From Octopus sinensis (lineage: Eukaryota): a stretch of 64,000 nucleotides of DNA. Positions 51,500 to 64,000 of the stretch are shown here, in pieces. Location: contig NC_043006.1 in the NCBI RefSeq assembly GCF_006345805.1, positions 7,626,001-7,690,000 on the forward strand, read 5' to 3'. Both the position numbers and the translations under genes were made by a program. Below the pieces are notes generated by a model. That model worked only from the letters and a program-made list of their open reading frames with translations. It made no database searches and was not told where the DNA came from. Position 1 is the stretch's first letter. Each line of letters opens with the position of its first letter.

Positions 51500-52815
51500 T
51501 TTCAAATGGATAAAATAATTGAGTAAAGAAAATTTACAACGGTCATAAAATGTTCTTATGGATCTCCAATATTATTGATCGAAAATAATCACTGGCCATT
51601 TTTATTATAATATCTATACCTATATAATATGTAATATTTTAAACATTTATGGTCGAGTAGGAAATATATTTTATTTAAAATTATTATGATGAAGGGAGAT
51701 AAATAAATGAGGATATATTTAATTCAGACACTAAATTCAATAAAAAATTTCTTAATCGCCAATTCATTCACTCAAAATTTTACTACCAAATATGCCAATA
51801 TTAAACAGATGTATAAAGTTACGATTATTATAAAACCACGCCATTTCTTACATAATAATGGTGGTCTTAAAACTAAAAATGGAATTATTGTGCAATCTGG
51901 TAAAACTGCAATTTTTTATTGATATGGATTTATAAAAATGTCTTAAGTTCAATTAACTTAGAAGCTAAGAAAATTATGTGTGATTATAATTTCGATGATA
52001 GGACGGAGCACTTTGTGTCTATGAGGCCAAATATACTTCAAAAGATGACGGAGAAATCATCTTTTCTAACCCTAAAGTTAGAGTAATTTACCCAGCAGAT
52101 CTGACATGAGTCGATTAAGTAAAATTGTTCTAGATAAGTATATACCTACACTCAACAAATAAATAAAACTTGATCTGTGGTCTACTACCCAGGTTTGATA
52201 GAATAGATAACAAAAGAGAATTAAAGTTATACAAATTTATATTAATAACTATTCTTCTTCTATTAACCCTATTGTGCTCAATAATACTCTTTTATTTGCT
52301 AGAAAAATCTCTAAACTTAGTTTTAAAGAAATTAAAATAATTTTGGAAGCTTGAAAATTTATTATTTTACTTGATAAGTACTAGGCAAGAAAAAATGCAT
52401 ATGATTTCTATGACATTACGATGGGATAGGCTGATTCCGCCCACGTTACAGAAATAGTCGGTATATACATGTTATTTTCTTTTAGTAATAAATTTCCAGA
52501 TATCATAGGTGGACTCTATTGAGATGATGCGGTATCTTTGATTTATAGTCAACCAAATAGGAAATTGGATCTGTATATGAAACAATATCATAGTTTCTTA
52601 AAAAGACTTGGTTTATCTATTTCTTTTGAAAATGAACATGATTCTGTTAATTACTTAGATGTTAATCTGAACCTTGTTACTGGCCAATATAGCCCATATC
52701 ATACGCATAACAATAATTTGAAAGCTATTAACTTTAATAGTAATCATCCTAAAGCAATTACACGAATTTTTGTTAATAATATTTCGAAGCGTGCTTCATA
52801 TTTATCTTCTAATTA
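51500..52815 (+). mobile_element. Decayed Penelope-like RT (Nematis/Naiad-like)
   Basis: Remnants of RLINPAKSxIGRISKxILD, FDVTMGSxDxAEVCELVG, GLYRDD, and VNYLDVNLNL...INFNSNHPKAI...ISKRASYLSSN. Confidence 0.75.
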
Positions 52816-54464
52816 GGAATCACTGTCCGTTCATTTTGAACTACTGAACGTTAACGCCCTTCTGTATACTTTAATAAAAAATTTACTTCATTCGGAATAT
52901 TTGACGGGAACAAGAGAGATGACTGCTGACTAATCGAGCTAAATATCCTATCAATCCCAGCCGCAATCGTTAGTCCCCGCAGTTTAGGAACTGGTCGAAT
53001 CAGACAAGAATCAAGCACAATCTAATGACAATCAGCCACATTTAGAATTTATACATGTACATGTGCGTGTGTGTACTCTGGTTTATTAAACCTCTTCATT
53101 TATGCGTATTTTCGCCCCCTTTGCAATACTAAGACTGACAAGTATACACAGAACTAGATGTATGACGCAATATTAATCTCAAATATATGGCTGAGCGTAA
53201 ATGTTTCTGCTGAGCAGGTTTATGATCAAGCCATGTGCAACTTGTATGTTTTCTCGGTGTCACCTGTGGATATCCTTTAACTAGATTTTCTACTCAATGT
53301 CTTTACATTCTGAGTTCAAATCCTACCTTGGTCAACTGTGCATTTTATTCTTTCAAGGTATTAGTCAATTACTAGGGTTTATTACATCAACTATCTTGTC
53401 CTTAAATCTCAATGCATATAGAAGACACAATTACGAGAGCAAATTATTGTGATACGAGTATAATTATATCAGCTTTGAGTGAGTGTTGCTCTTGAGTGTA
53501 TTTCCCCACTATGTTCTTTTTTTAATTTTTTTCCGCACATTGTGCTTAATGCTATTCCTTGTGGCACGCACATCTTGCCATACAAACTTTATACCGTAAT
53601 AATTTTCTAGCATATTTTTTGGATCACCTCTCTTGCATTAACTACCTAATTAAATGTTTCATGCACTCACCAACATGGCAACTATCAGATAAAACTAATT
53701 TTCGAACATTTCCCTTCTCTCAACTGTCTCCACTAACAGACATCGTAACCAATCAAATATAAAATTCATACCTACCACGAACCTTAGGATATTTGCTCAG
53801 ACTCTGTGGTTGATAATATCTTTCACGTTCATATACGATTGTTCTTTCACTAGACACAAGCACACATATGTCGATAGGATCACTCCTATGAGCAATGATG
53901 TCCATTCAACTAAATATAACAACTCCCTTGTCATTTTCATTACGTCTATTGATATTTTTAAAAGTACAACTAACCGTAACCATGGTAGAAGAGAACTAGC
54001 AGAGCATGAAGCGTCAAACAGATTACTATTCAAAATGAAACTGGTTAATGCACTTATCAAAAACAAATCATAAAATCGTACCTGCAATCTATTCGCTGAA
54101 GCAAAATGTTTATTTTTTTTCACTTATTTGCAATTGTGGATGTTATCTCAAAGCAATCAATTAAAGCTCACTTACCAATTAAGTATCAATCAAATTCACA
54201 ATGTAATAAAATATTTTATTATTTCTTTTATCCCTTAGATGATTCTAGCTACAGGGCTGCAGCAGCTAAACTTTAATCGATTATACAGAGCGTAATACAT
54301 TATTTCAGATTTATTTTATTGAAATTGCAATAGACAAAGGAGAAACTCCTGAAATACAAGGGAAACTAACTCCAATTATTTGCTGGATACCTAGAATGAC
54401 ATACGTTTGCTTTTACGGCGACAAATGCCTGCGTGCACATACACACTCATTTAAATGTATGTAT

Positions 54465-54673
54465 AAGTAGTGTGTGTGTGTTTGTGTGTTCGTATATATA
54501 ATATATATATATGTATATATATATATGTGTGTGTATATACATGTATGTATATATGTATGCATATATATATATATGTGTGTGTGTGTATATATATATATAT
54601 ATACATATGTATATATATAACACATCTGTATGTATGTTTATATATGTCTATATATATATATATAATATATTTG

Positions 54674-54714
<41 letters not shown>

Positions 54715-54764
54715 GTATATGTATATATATGTATATATATATATGTATATATATATGTAATATA

Positions 54765-54809
<45 letters not shown>

Positions 54810-54824
54810 TATATGTACATATAT

Positions 54825-54857
<33 letters not shown>

Positions 54858-54860
54858 GTG
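54465..54860. repeat. (TA)n/(TG)n compound microsatellite
   Basis: Directly visible. Confidence 0.95.
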
Positions 54861-55806
54861 AAATAGAAATGGTCAATTTTGTCGGTGGCCCTCCCATTTG
54901 ATAGGGGCAGAAGACAGTGCAGCCTTTGTGTCTCCGAACTCTTCCATATTTTGTTTGCCAGAGGCCGGATGGTAAACGGGCTCTTACAGTCGGCTTTTCG
55001 ATGCCCCCATTGGCGGCGTTACACTTATCTGGCCTTTAAATAGCGTTTATAAATAAGACCGGCACCCATAGCCCTTGGTAACAAATTCTGAAATAGCTTT
55101 TAAGATATCTACAATTAACCACTGCAAGGGAAATTACTCCTGTAAGACAAACGGGGCTTGTTTTTTCACAGCGGGGGGTTTCCTTGTCAAGGCAGGCTTA
55201 GATGAACACTCACACACACACATAAAACATAATATATATATATAATTTCTTTATTTTTTATTTTTTATTTTTTTCTTTCTGCCACCCAACGGTTATCACG
55301 GCAGTAGCCACTGACAGCCGAACGATCAAACGCACACACGTACACAAAAATGTTTTCTACCCCTACGCCAACACACACATATATAGAACAGTATACACAC
55401 ACACACGTCTCTAAGTAGATTTTTTCTCGCCCCTTATAAAACATCCAATATTCTTTAAATAGTCAGAACTTTATTCTCGGTCACAAAGAACATATATACA
55501 CCCTCACCCACATGATTGACCGATGCCTGACCTGTTGAATTCTTCAGCCACCGGTTCTCAACATACACTGATAAACAGTTTCGCCATGGGCTCTTAGGAG
55601 CACAGTTCGATTTGTTTTTTGCTCTGCCTCTGTTCTGTTTTTGTTTTTCCAACGGATTTCCTTTTTTCTTCCTGAAGAGAAAGACACAATATGGTCCCAT
55701 TATTCAATCGGATTTTGGTAATTTGTGCCTTTCGAAACACGTGTAGAATGAAATAAAACGATTTCTGTTCAATCTGCGTTCAGCTCCATTTCTTCAATTC
55801 ACCAAT

Positions 55807-55851
<45 letters not shown>

Positions 55852-55924
55852 TACACATATATGGACCTTCTAATTTTTTCCAGTAAATCATACTCAGCTG
55901 TTACATTCCAATTTACACTTAGAC

Positions 55925-56084
55925 GCATGAGTGACTGTGAGGTAAGAAGCTTGCGTCTCAACAATATGGTTTCGGGTTCAATCCCACTGCGTGTCACTTT
56001 GGGTTAGTATCTTCTACTATAACCTCGGGCAGACCAAAGCCTTGTGAGTGCGTTTGGTAGAAGGAAATTGAAAGAAGCCCGTCG

Positions 56085-56118
<34 letters not shown>

Positions 56119-56293
56119 TGTATGTATGTATGTATGTATGTATGTATGTATGCATGTATGTATGTATTTGTGTGTCTGTGTTCGACGCCCACGATTGTTT
56201 GACAACATACGTTGTTGTGCTTACGCTCCCGTAACTTAGCGGTTCGGCAAAAGAGACCGATAGCATAAGTCGTAGGTATACAAAGAATAAGTC

Positions 56294-56347
<54 letters not shown>

Positions 56348-56476
56348 ATTTGTGTGTTTGTATATATATATATATCAGTTCTAGCCTTACATAGAATAAG
56401 TCCTGGGGTCGATTTGTCCGACTAAAGGCGGTGCTCCAGAATGGCCGCAGTCAAATTACTGAAACAAGTAACAGAA
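55925..56476 (+). mobile_element. SINE family B with internal (TATG)n and (TG)n expansions
   Basis: Head, core and tail match family B; AGAATAAGTCCT is duplicated around the (TG)n tract. Confidence 0.85.
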
Positions 56477-57036
56477 AAACACACTCACACACATATATAT
56501 ACATATATATATATACACACATAAACACATACACACACGCACACGTACACATACACACATACAAACACATACACACAATCTTCTTTTAACTACAGTTTAA
56601 ATGGTTTTTAATTATCATGCCAACCTCAGTAATACCTTTTTAAAATTTGGGGATTATTTCCTCGACCTTGAAATGTATCATACAATCACTAGATAATTCT
56701 ATAAATACTCGACTTAAAAACGTTTCGGATTTACTGCAGATCAAAATTATTCGCTTAGATTATATCTTTACACCTACCTGTTTAATAAATTTCACAATTT
56801 ATTAAACAGGTTGTTATACGTTGTTACATTCAAACCTAATCTTACTGCTTTTCCTTCTTTATATTTTTTAGGACAACTAAATCAGCTTCTACTATACTAC
56901 TCCCACTTTCAGACTCACATTACTAAACTCCTCTTTAGCATTTTTATTTCATTGTTTTTTCTTTGTGTCTATTGCAGCCCAAGATTTTCTTTTATAACTT
57001 CAAAAATTACCGCACTCTCACACAATGTCTCTCTCA

Positions 57037-57212
57037 ATACACACACACACACACACATACACACACACACATACACACACACACATACACACACACACAC
57101 ACACACACATACACACACATACACACACACACACATACACACACATACACACACATACACACACATACAAACACTCATACACACACACTCACACATACAC
57201 ACACACATATAT
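57037..57212. repeat. (CA)n/(CATA)n microsatellite
   Basis: Directly visible. Confidence 0.95.
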
Positions 57213-57344
57213 ATGTATCCTTTATACTCTTTTCTTCTTCCTCCTTTTCTGCTTTTTTCTCTTCCCTTTTTTCTCTATTTTATTTTTTCCTTTTTACTTT
57301 TCCTCCCTTTTTCTCCTGTTCCCTATCCCCCCTTTTTTCTCCTT

Positions 57345-58660
57345 TTCCAGCATGCCTAATTACAAATCCTTCCTTCTCCACCTTCACCACCGCCTAAAGA
57401 AGCACCTTTCCACGTTTCCCTTCCAATTATTTCAACCTTCTATTAACCTTTTCCTACTGATTTTCAAAAACACACACTTCTGTAGACATGTTTCGTTTCT
57501 CAGTTCCTGCCTTCACTACCACCTCATCTCCAAAGGTGTCCGCCTCCATTTCCACTCCACTTTCCATCCTGCCTCTACCATCCTACCACTTCCTACCTCC
57601 GCACCACTTCCTACCACATTATGCGTGCCACCATTCGTTCTAATCTTTCCAAAATACACACCCTCGACCGCCTTCTCTGTCTTGCTTATTCCACCTTTTT
57701 CCACCGCTGCTCCCCATCCGTTGCACATTTCACCTTACGCCTCAACCTCCATCTGAACCACATCTTCCGCGACATCTTCGCTCGCATTAAACAACATACA
57801 CTCCACTCACTCTTTAATCCTGTCCCACCCGATTCCATTACACCCATCCCTCACCTATTCTATCCCTCCCCGATCCACTCCGCCTTCATTCTCTGCTTCA
57901 CCGACCAAGGTCGCCGACCATTCCACTGGACGCTAGCTCCTGGCCAGTTCCAAGCAGCTGATCATTCTGCAAGTATCTGCCAACGTGTTGTGGACCGGTT
58001 CAACTTTGGCAAGCGTCCCCAATATTCTATCATCTCTCCGGCCGAACCCTCAGCCGTTCGATATCTCCGGCACCGCTAACATATCATCATAAGACCGGCC
58101 GAAAATGGTGGAGCTATGGTGGTGTGGCACACAGACCATTACAAGGCAGAAGCTCTCCGCCAAATTCAAGACACCTCCTTCTATTGCCCTCTGCTCTACA
58201 CACCTACGCCTCACTACCAACATACTGTGTCCGCCAGTATTCATGACCTCATTTACTCCTCCTGTCTCCTTTCCGACGCCTCCAACTTCAATGTCTTCAC
58301 TCCACACACCTCACTATTTACTTCCTTCCCAAAATTCACAAGCCCAACAACTCTGGTTGGCCCATCGTCTCCGCCTGCAACTGCTGCGCGGAAATGATCT
58401 CTTAATACATCGACCGTGCCCTTTCTTGTCCTCTAGTGGCTTCTCTCCGCTACCACACCCACGACACGAACCATGCTCTCCCTGTCTTTTTAACTCATTC
58501 TCCTTCCCTTCTGACCCCTCTAAATTTCTCTTCACTCTTGGTATCAAGAGTTTATATACAGTGATCTCACACAATGAAGGACTTCTTGTTCTGAAACCCT
58601 TTCTGGACCTTCAACCTGAACGCCGCACATACCGCTATATGAGCAGTCACATACACACTG
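57345..58660 (+). mobile_element. Decayed Penelope-like element (Poseidon-like), N-terminus and start of RT
   Basis: IIIRPAENGGAMVVWHTDHYKAEALRQIQDTSFY and YFLPKIHKPNNSGWPIVSACNC match PLE RT motifs (IKPADKGG; LPKIHK..PGRPIVS). Confidence 0.78.
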
Positions 58661-58749
58661 CTTAACGCAGTACACACATCACACACCATCATGCACACTC
58701 CCACAACCACACAAGCATATAATACCTGAACAAGGCTATATATAAATAG

Positions 58750-58980
58750 GGCGGCGAGCTGGCAGAAACGTTAGCACGCCGGGCGAAATGCGTAGCCGTA
58801 TTTCGTCTGTTGTTACATTCTGAGTTCAAATTCCGTCGAGGTCGACTTTGCCTTTCATCCTTTCGGGGTCGATAAATTAAGTACCAGTTTCGCACTGGGG
58901 TCGATGTAATCGACTTAATCCGTTTGTCTGTCTTTGTTTGTCCCCTCTATGTTTAGCCCCTTCTGGGTAGTAAATAAATA
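58750..58980 (+). mobile_element. SINE family A
   Basis: Full unit; TATATATAAATA on both sides. Confidence 0.88.
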
Positions 58981-59239
58981 TATATATAAATACACACGCA
59001 ACACGCATTAATACAGGCAACATACATAGACAAACATAACTTTCGCCCACATAAATGCACCATACACATGCACACATATTGATCACAGACACACACACAC
59101 GCATGTGCACACATCACGTGAAAAAGCGCACATCAACTGCTACACACAACAGACGTACATATACGTCACACAACAACTAATGATTTTTTCCAATCATTAG
59201 CCATGCGGGAATGCTGAAATGTACAAGTTTTTTTTCATT

Positions 59240-59385
59240 CTGTCTTTGTTTATTTTTTATTATTCCTTTCTGTAGGCTCGAAAAATAGAAAGACTTTTAA
59301 ATTTTTTCCCGAGTGTCAAACTAATATATTTGTTTATTATTCATACACCTGTCTTCGTCTTTTTTATCTATAAATTTCAACTATA
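59240..59385 (+). mobile_element. Degenerate family C1 element with deleted HHR core
   Basis: CCTTTCTGTAGGCTCGAAA...AAAGAC...CACCTGTCTTCGTC, followed by (TA)n. Confidence 0.6.
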
Positions 59386-59800
<415 letters not shown>

Positions 59801-61269
59801 GCACTTCACTTGCTGTGATGCATATATTATCAAAAATGTTCCATCTTAATGCTCTCCTTCTCTCTTCTTTACTTCTCCACTTCGAGGCTAACCCTAAACT
59901 TCTTATCTATCGGATACTGAGCGTTCAAGACAAACTACTTAACAAGCTTTCCTGTTGTATATTATACCCTCTTATCATCATTTCCTTCTACACTTATGGC
60001 TCATCCCTCAACTTTTCCGGATTGTACCAAATTTCTAAGCTCCCACACCAGTAACTTCCCACATCACCATTTCACGTCTCATTGTCTCTCTTTCTCAAAC
60101 TCTCCTCGTATACACCCCCCTCTCCAAAATACTTCTATTACATTTCATTTAATTGCATTCCTCATTAGGTTTAGGTTTTTGATATAACTACCTTTCTATT
60201 CAGAATTCTTATTTTCTCATTCCTATTCGTAGTTTCCAATTCGTATTTTCTCATTCTTCTTCTAACGATGGCATACGTTGCAAATAACCATTTGTATTAC
60301 GGACAATATACACAGATCTGCACCAAAGAGAATACTATTCAAGAAACAGCTGTAAAGTACGATCAAAACACCACTACATGTCTAAGCCACATGATAACCT
60401 ACCTGCCTAAGTGACATGAACACTATATACACTATATACGTCATCCTGGTGTGTACCAAGCTACATCTTAACTTTTCGCATTCGGAATACTTCCCAGATT
60501 GCTGCTATATGTGTGTGTGTATGTGTGTTTGTGTGTGTATGTGTGTACATATATGTGTGTTTGTGTGTGCTTGTGTATGTTATGTGTGTGTACGTATGTA
60601 TATACATATATAAATATACTTATGCATACATAAATATATCGATAGATAGATAGATAGATATATATGTATGTATGTATTATATTTATGTTACCTTCAGCAT
60701 GTTATAAATATTATGAATTGATCTGACATGAAGTGACTCCCTGTTGGCGTATTTGTTCAGTTATACCTATACCAATTCGACCAATAGATTTCCAATAACC
60801 AATCCGTTTTGGGCGGATCTTGCATCTCTGCACTTAACGTTGGTAGTAGGGCACAGGTTCGACCTGAGAGCATACTATATATGCCACTTAATTTACGGCA
60901 TTTCCAATCTTATTACGTAACATTCATATACATATATATGTGTGTATATATATATATATATATACACATACATGCATGCGTACACACACACACACATACG
61001 CACACATACACACATACACGTATATATGATCATTGGCGTGTTTTACGTGAGCCGAGTGTTTTATGAACACATTGTCGATGTAAGTAGGTGCAGATTTTTT
61101 CTTGTGACGTACACAGCATTTACTAACAAATTTGCATTTTAGTCTACAGAACGTTTTTAAAAATATATAGCAAATAAACTTATATATATATAAATATATA
61201 TATATATATAATTATATATATATATATATAATATAAATATAATATATATATATAATATATATATATATA

Positions 61270-62955
61270 ATAAGAAAATAGTAAAGTGTGAAAAAACGAC
61301 AGAAGGCTTAAATGTTAAAAAATATATATATTTGTGTAAAATGTCGGAGAATATTGGAAAAATTTTTTTCCTTGACTTAAAATGACATAATTTAAAAAAT
61401 TTTTAAAGAAATTACCGGTTCGCGTGTAGCTTTTCAAATTTCTTGTGACGTTATGTTTATATTGCATGGAATTATCGTTGTTTTTATTTCCAGGAGATTT
61501 CTAACTAAGGGGAGGTAGTGAGTGATTTTTTCCGGTGTAGGGGAGATAATCGCTTAAAATTTTTTTTTTTTTTTTTCCCTTTTCCTTGTTAATTTCTCTG
61601 TGTCAGTATGTTCGGATGGTTGAGTCTGGGTTTGTACTTTTCAATGAAGAATGTTTCCTTGTTCAGTCTCATTTGTGTTGATGATCCGAAAGCACATTGG
61701 TAAAATGGGAAGATTAAAAATTGTGGCAGTAGTTGCTTTGCGCATTTCTCAATGTGCTCACTAAAAGGTATCATTCTATATTCTGGGAATGCAATCTGTT
61801 GTCGATGCAGTGTGCATCTGCGCCTGAGTGATAGTCCCGTGGAACCCACGTAGTCTTGGTGGCAGCCCGAGCATTTAATAACATAAATTATGTTTTCAGA
61901 GGCACAAGTAAATTTAGATTTGATCTTAAATTTCTGTCCCTCTTTAAGAAGAATTCTGATCCTTCAATAGGTTAGGACATGTTGCACAGTTCGATCTACC
62001 ACATTTTTTTACTTTTGCATCCGTAATTTTAGAAGACAATTTTCCTTTGTGAGAATCTTTTTTAAGTGATTTAGGCTGTTTGTAGCTTTTAATGATTTGT
62101 TATGTTTAGAATTTCCTTTAATTTTGGGTTTTTATGAAGTATTGGTAAATTCTGGGTGATGATGGTGAAGGCTTCTTTGTTTCTGGGGTTGTATGTAGGT
62201 ATGTAAGGTAGTATTTTCGGGGAAGGTGTGTTGTTGTGTTGAACTTTTCTTAAAGTTTCTATGTTGATTTCTGTTGCACGTCTGATCCCATCCTCTATGA
62301 GTTGAGCTGGGTAATGTCTGTCAATTAGGGTGTTTTTGAGTTCTTGCAGTCTAAAGTTCCTGGTATTTTGTTCTGACACTATTGTGCATATCCTTCTTGC
62401 AAGGTTGAAGGGGATATTTGTTTTAGTGTGTCTTGGGTGGCATGAATTAAAAAGAAGGTATTGTTTGGCGTCTGTGGCTTTGTAAAAAATGTCTGTTTCT
62501 ATTTTAAGGTTAATTTTTTTAATTAGTATATCCAAGAACGGGAGCTCCTTTTGGTTGTATTCCATTGTGAACTGTATATTTGGGTTTATGCTGTTCAATA
62601 GGTTTTTAAATTTTAGGAGTTTATCTATGTTTTCATTCCAGAGAATGAAACAATCGTCTAGGAATCGTTTCCAATTCTCTTTTATGTATTGAGAGAGGGA
62701 GTTTCCAAAGATTGATAGAGATTCCTGGTAAATGATTATAACAACGATAATTCCATGCAATATAAACATAACGTCACAAGAAATTTGAAAAGCTACACGC
62801 GAAACCGGTAATTTCTTTAAAAATTTTTTAAATTATGTCATTTTAAGGAAAGGAAAAAAATTTTTCCAATATTCTCCAGACATTTTTACACAAATATATA
62901 TATTTTTTAACATTTAAGCCTTCTGTCGTTTTTTCACACTTTACTATTTTCTTAT
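61270..62955 (-). mobile_element. 5'-truncated Penelope-like (Neptune-like) element with ~230-bp inverted pLTRs
   Basis: WKRFLDDCFILW...LPFLDI...TDIFYK...SCHPRHTK (RT/thumb), CGRSNCATC linker and IYVIKCSGCHQDYVGST...R...H (GIY-YIG). About 61270-61495 is inverted at about 62722-62955. Confidence 0.9.
62778..62817 (+). ncRNA. Type I hammerhead ribozyme candidate (U3-A8 variant) in inverted pLTR
   Basis: AAGAAAT-TTGAAAA-GC TACAC GC-GAAA-CCGG-TA-ATTTCTT: 7-bp stem I and palindromic ACCGGT stem III. The mirror copy at 61406-61444 has GAA instead of GAAA. Confidence 0.72.
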
Positions 62956-62992
62956 ATATTCACCCACGTGCTTTACCAAACAAACTTTCTTA

Positions 62993-63120
<128 letters not shown>

Positions 63121-63616
63121 TATATCAGGTACCAAATATAATTGACGAGGCCTAGAAGTATTCACTTAAGATCCGACTATTTCTCATATTTGCAAAGACT
63201 CATAATCTCCAACTTTCATCATGAGTATAGTAAATTAGCAAAATTGAACTACGATGCTCCACCTTCTCCTATACGCATTTTATCATCTCTGGCGTCAATG
63301 CGACCTCATATATTATTTCAAAATATATTTGAAGTCAATGAAGAATACATTTTTATTTTATTTTATTTTGGTAACATAGAAATAACACGTTTAATAATTA
63401 TTTCTTCATAACATTTCACTTGCAATGTACTCACGCTTCGTATGTCTTAATATTTATCTAGTTACATACATCTCTTCCTCGCCTAAGCGACTGCTTGCAT
63501 AAATATATATATTTGCTTATACACGTGTGTGTGTGCGTGTGTCTGTGTGTCTGTGTATGTATGCATGTGCATATGCGTCTGTGTGCCGGTCGTTGCACAG
63601 GTTTCTTTTTATAAAA

Positions 63617-63841
63617 GGCGGCGAGCTGGCAGAGTGGTTAGCGCGCCGTGCGAAATGCTTAGCCGTATTTTGTCTGTCGTTACGTTCTGAGTTCAAATTC
63701 CGCCGAGGTAGACTTAGCCTTTCATTCTTTCGGAGTCGATAAATAAAGTACCAGTTTCGCACTGCGGTCGCTGAAATCGACTTAATCCGTCTGTTATCTT
63801 TGTTTGTCCTCTCTGTGTTTAGCCCCTTGTGGGCAGTAAAG

Positions 63842-63843
<2 letters not shown>
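63617..63843 (+). mobile_element. SINE family A
   Basis: Full unit. Confidence 0.88.
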
Positions 63844-63909
<66 letters not shown>

Positions 63910-63957
63910 CACAGAGACAGAGAGAGAGAGAGAGATAAAATAACCACCTATGTTACA

Positions 63958-64000
63958 TACTCTTTTACTCTTTTACTCTTTTACTTGTTTCTGTCATTTG
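63958..64000 (-). mobile_element. SINE family B 3' tail, cut by the window edge
   Basis: TCTTTTACTCTTTTACTTGTTTCTGTCATTTG. Confidence 0.65.

Overview
AT-rich eukaryotic, repeat-dominated DNA. The mix of tRNA-derived SINEs, (TA)n/(GATA)n microsatellites, mariner, R4/Dong, RTE, CR1, Tx1 and Penelope-like (PLE) remnants looks most like a coleoid cephalopod, probably Octopus (inference). No intact host protein-coding gene is recognisable. Most track ORFs are microsatellite artefacts, and the rest are decayed transposon fragments. The most notable signal is a set of about a dozen type-I hammerhead-ribozyme (HHR)-like motifs from several distinct families. They sit in short (TA)n-embedded elements and in the inverted pseudo-LTRs of truncated PLEs. 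They show stem covariation, palindromic or minimal stem III, and three cases of the U3-A8 replacement of the C3-G8 core pair. The window also has several long inverted repeats (about 840, 250, 230, 140 and 119 bp arms) and an isolated GC-rich 51-bp-stem hairpin at 898-1012. All alignments and folds were done by eye, so boundaries are approximate unless stated.
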